Below, in pieces: positions 60,601 through 64,000 of a stretch of DNA of 64,000 nt. The position numbers and the translations under genes are program-made. The DNA comes from Basidiobolus meristosporus CBS 931.73 (lineage: Eukaryota; Fungi; Basidiobolomycota), in assembly GCA_002104905.1 (NCBI GenBank), contig MCFE01000467.1, positions 6,219 through 70,218 of the forward strand, written 5' to 3'. The stretch's first letter is position 1, and every line of letters starts with the position of its first letter. A model generated the notes under the pieces. That model did not search any database. It worked only from the letters and a program-made list of their open reading frames with translations, and was not told where the DNA came from.

Positions 60601-61471
60601 TGGTACAATTGAAAGATACAAAGCAAGACTTGTAGCCAAAGGATACTCTCAAACAAAAGTACTTGACTATACTGAGACCTTTGCACCGGTAGCTAAGTTT
60701 AATTCCATCAGATTAATATTGGCTATTGCAGCCAAATATAAGTTTTGTATTCATCAAATGGATGTAAAAGCTGCATTTTGGAATGGAGAACTTGATGAGG
60801 ACGTGTATATGGACCAGCCTGATGGGTTTGCTGACCAAAATAACCCCCATTTGGTCTGCAAGCTTAAAAAGTCACTATATGGTCTCAAACAATCACCAAG
60901 AGCCTGGAATTGCAAGATAGATTCTTATTTGGAATCTTTGAGTTTCAAAAGAAGTAATGCTGACTATAGTATATACTATAAGCCAGATAGGGCAAATCCA
61001 GTTCTATTAGCTCTATATGTGGATGATCTTATTATAGCCGCCAATAACCTAGAAACATTGGAAGAGACTAAATTCAGCCTATCTAAGGAGTTCAAGATGT
61101 CCGATCTAGGAGAACTTAGTTACTACTTAGGGATTAAGTTCTCCATAGACAGAAGTACCCAGACTATTACCCTAAGCCAATCCAAGTATATTCAAGATAT
61201 ACTAAAGAAGTACAAAATGGAAGACTGTAAACCGGCAGCACCCCAATGGAGACAAACCTTAACTTGGTCAAAACTCAACCAAATCAAGAGAGCTTGGTGC
61301 CATCTGAAAGCCCTGACTTTCCTTATCAATCTATGGTCGGCAGTCTGATGTATATCATGCTTGGAACACGTCCAGATATCTCATATTCAGTGGGAGTTGT
61401 CAGCCAACATAATCAGATTATGGATCTGATCATATTGCAGCAGTTAAGCAGATTTTTGGATACCTAAAAGG
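57689..61471 (+). mobile_element. Copia copy 2 (5' LTR 57689-58020, PBS, gag-pol with several stops), interrupted at 61471 by copy 3
   Basis: LTR TGTTATAA..TTACAACA; gag KLDGSNYQVWKVKM and zinc knuckle CNYCKRKGHTSDRC; RT YVDD; stops at 58289, ~58430, 59465 and ~60182. Confidence 0.96.
58021..58032 (+). promoter_or_regulatory. Primer-binding site for a half tRNA-iMet (copy 2)
   Basis: GGTTATGAGCCC abuts the LTR end and is complementary to the initiator tRNA anticodon stem-loop (GGGCUCAUAACC). Confidence 0.9.
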
Positions 61472-64000
61472 TGTTGTAAAAGTTCGTATTTTCCACCTAA
61501 ATATTCACCTAACTTAGTCACTCAGATCATCACCTTCAGATCCTAGAGAATACTGACCAAATTCCTTGTTGGGATTTACTTAGAATATTTTCACCAAAAT
61601 ACCAGGTACCCAAACATGAAAATTCTCAAAGTTGTCCAAACAGCCCCAAACTTTGCACACATGTTCTTGGGACCTTCCTTAACCTATTCTACGTGTTTGC
61701 AATGCCAAGACCATGTAAAAGTATAAATACTACTTTTACATTCAATAAATCATTAAGTGAAAACCACATAATCTACTTGTTCTCCAAATCACTTCCAATA
61801 TCTCCAAGACTCTTACAACAGGTTATGAGCCCCGAGCTGTCACTCTCTGCAATGTCTACTACTGCTATTACTGGAATTTTTCCCTCTGCTGAAAAGTTGG
61901 ATGGATCTAACTACCAAGTGTGGAAGGTGAAGATGAAGATGCTGCTGCAAGAAAGAGGCCTTTGGGATATTGTCATGGGAGAAGAATGCCCTCCTAAAAA
62001 CGTGGGAGAGGAAGCCTTAAAGTACCAGAAGAAAGAACAAAGTGCCTTTAACTGCATTTGCCTTAATGTCAAGGACAAATTGCTAATTCAATGCTCAAGA
62101 GCAAAAACGGCAAAGAATGCCTGGAAGGCATTAGAAGACACCTACCAGTCATGTTCAGCTGCCAAGAAAATGTATCTGAGAAGAAAATTCTTTACTACAA
62201 AGATGCTGCCAGGAGAAGAAATGAAAAATCTAATTAACAGAATTACCCTGCTGGTAGATGAGATGGAATCTGTGGGCGTACCAACTACTGATGAGGATGT
62301 GATAGTTACCATCCTGAATAGCCTGACAGACGAGTTTCAGGGCCTTGTATCAGCCCTAGAGTCCAGAACTGAAGATTTGACCTTAAATTACGTATATGGA
62401 AGGCTCCTGGATGAAGAATTAAGAAAATCAAGCGCCAATAAGAAGGAAGAAGAAAATGCTTTAATAAGCAATGATAACCAACAAAGGAGGTACCCAAGAC
62501 CCTACAAAGGCAACAGCAACCTATTTTGCAACTACTGCAAAAGGAAAGGACACACATCAGACCGGTGTTTCAAAAAGAGAGATTATCAGCAAAAGAAGCC
62601 TGAATATGGAAATGCTGCAACAACTGAAGATAGACTATTCATATCTGCACTAAATATGACCACAAACAAGGATTCTCAGACGTGGTATATTGACTCTGGA
62701 GCTTCTCAACACTTTACACACCAAAAAGAACTTTTTACCCAATATCAAGAAATTCCAATTAAGAAGGTTTTCATGGGTGACGATAGAACACTTGATGCAG
62801 TGGGAGAAGGAACTATCCAAGTAAACCTTAGAAGCAGTGAAGGAAGCCATACACTGACCTTTAAAGAAGTACTCTATGTACCAGAAATAGCCAAGAACCT
62901 ACTCTCTGTAAGCAAGGCCACAGCAGAAGGACTCAGTTTCAGTTTTGACAATTCTGGATGCAGGATCACTGATCAAAATGGTGCTCATATTGCTTCGGGC
63001 ATCAGAGATCAGAACCTATACAAGTTGACTTATATTCCATCATATCTGGAAGCCAATATAAGTAACTTAAATGAAGAAACACCAATGCTTTGGCACAGGA
63101 GATTTGGACACATCAATTTTGATTATTTGCGCAAAATGATCAAAGATCAGCTAATTTCTGGAGTGAAAATTGATCCCCCAGCTAATTTGGAGCACTGTGA
63201 AGCCTGCATATATGGGAAACAAGCCAGACAACCGTTCAAGAGCTCTGGGTTAATCAAACTAAGAAAAAATTAGATCTAATTCACTCAGATCTGTGTGGAC
63301 CTATGCAAAATTTATCCTTAGGCGGGATGAAGTATTTAATCACTTTTATTGATGATTATACAAGATACACATGGGTCTACTTCATGGAGAGAAAGGAAGA
63401 AGCTCTGTCTAAGTTCAGGGAGTTTAAAGCCATGGTGGAGAGAGAAACTGGTGAAAAAATCAAGAAAATACGCTCTGACAATGGTGGAGAATATACCTCA
63501 AAACTCTTCATCCACTTCTGCAAAATTCATGGGATAAAGCAAGAGACTACTGTACCATACTCCCCACAGCAAAATGGAGTAGCAGAACAAGCTAACAGAT
63601 CAATAATTGATATGGCAAGATCTATGATCCATGATCAAAAATTATCCTATGATTTTTGGGCGGAATCAGTTGCCACTGCTGTATATCTTAAAAATAGGAG
63701 TTATAACAGAATACTTCGTGATTCTACTCCATTTGAAGCATGGTATGGATACAGACCAAGTGCAGAACATCTAAGAATATTTGGGTGTACAGCATATGCC
63801 AAAAAACTGGCCGGAAATCAGTCAAAATTTGAGCCAAAAAGTGTAAAATGCATATTTTTGGGCTACTGCAATGAGAGTAAGGCATACAGACTCTACAATA
63901 CCAAAGCAAAGAAGCTTATCAAGTCCAGGGATGTGTTGTTTGATGAAAATTCAAAATTTTCACAAAAAATGACATCAGATGATGACGAAAATTTGATCTC
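61472..64000 (+). mobile_element. Copia copy 3 (5' LTR 61472-61820, PBS 61821-61832, gag-PR-IN running off the window), the best-preserved copy
   Basis: 349-bp LTR with perfect TGTTGTAA/TTACAACA ends. The frame is open from the ATG at 61825 to a single lost A at ~63257, and open again from 63303 to the window end (IRSDNGGEY). Confidence 0.96.

Noticed and set aside
63240-63300. Programmed gag-pol frameshift in copy 3
   Set aside because: The break lies inside integrase, copies 1 and 2 have the extra A, and copia elements normally encode one continuous ORF.

Overview
Eukaryotic (fungal) genomic DNA with short GT-AG introns and CTAAC-type branch sites. The gene content (katanin p80, LAMTOR3, talin-F0-like protein, single-chain urease) points to an early-diverging fungus (Zoopagomycota/Mucoromycota-like, Basidiobolus-type); this is an inference. 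A compact ~52 kb island of about 25 genes (4.1-56.6 kb) lies between two nests of one Ty1/copia family. In order: urease, bacterial YycE-like VOC protein, UBL-BAG, katanin p80, C1D, SRC1/HEH1, MDL1, CutC, NUP160, RPF1, NAA15, LAMTOR3, BBOX/TMLH-like dioxygenase, F0-PH-PH protein, TAF9, solo H2B, cytochrome c, 8-Cys GPI protein, MAPR cyt-b5, PPR protein, ATG4, SatP/Ady2 transporter, two PHO85-type cyclins, SNF7 and WS/DGAT. The copia nests show self-insertion, a half-tRNA-iMet PBS, two LTR subtypes with a flipped 29-bp segment, and directional CpG loss. Several housekeeping genes carry single-base frameshifts at homopolymers, probably assembly errors. Exon-intron models were read by eye, so multi-exon boundaries are approximate. 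Family calls come from recognised motifs, not from database searches. No rRNA, tRNA or CRISPR array was found. I did not find a single clearly new multi-gene system. The best leads are the YycE-like HGT candidate, the talin-F0-PH-PH protein, and the copia methylation, nesting and LTR-inversion signals.
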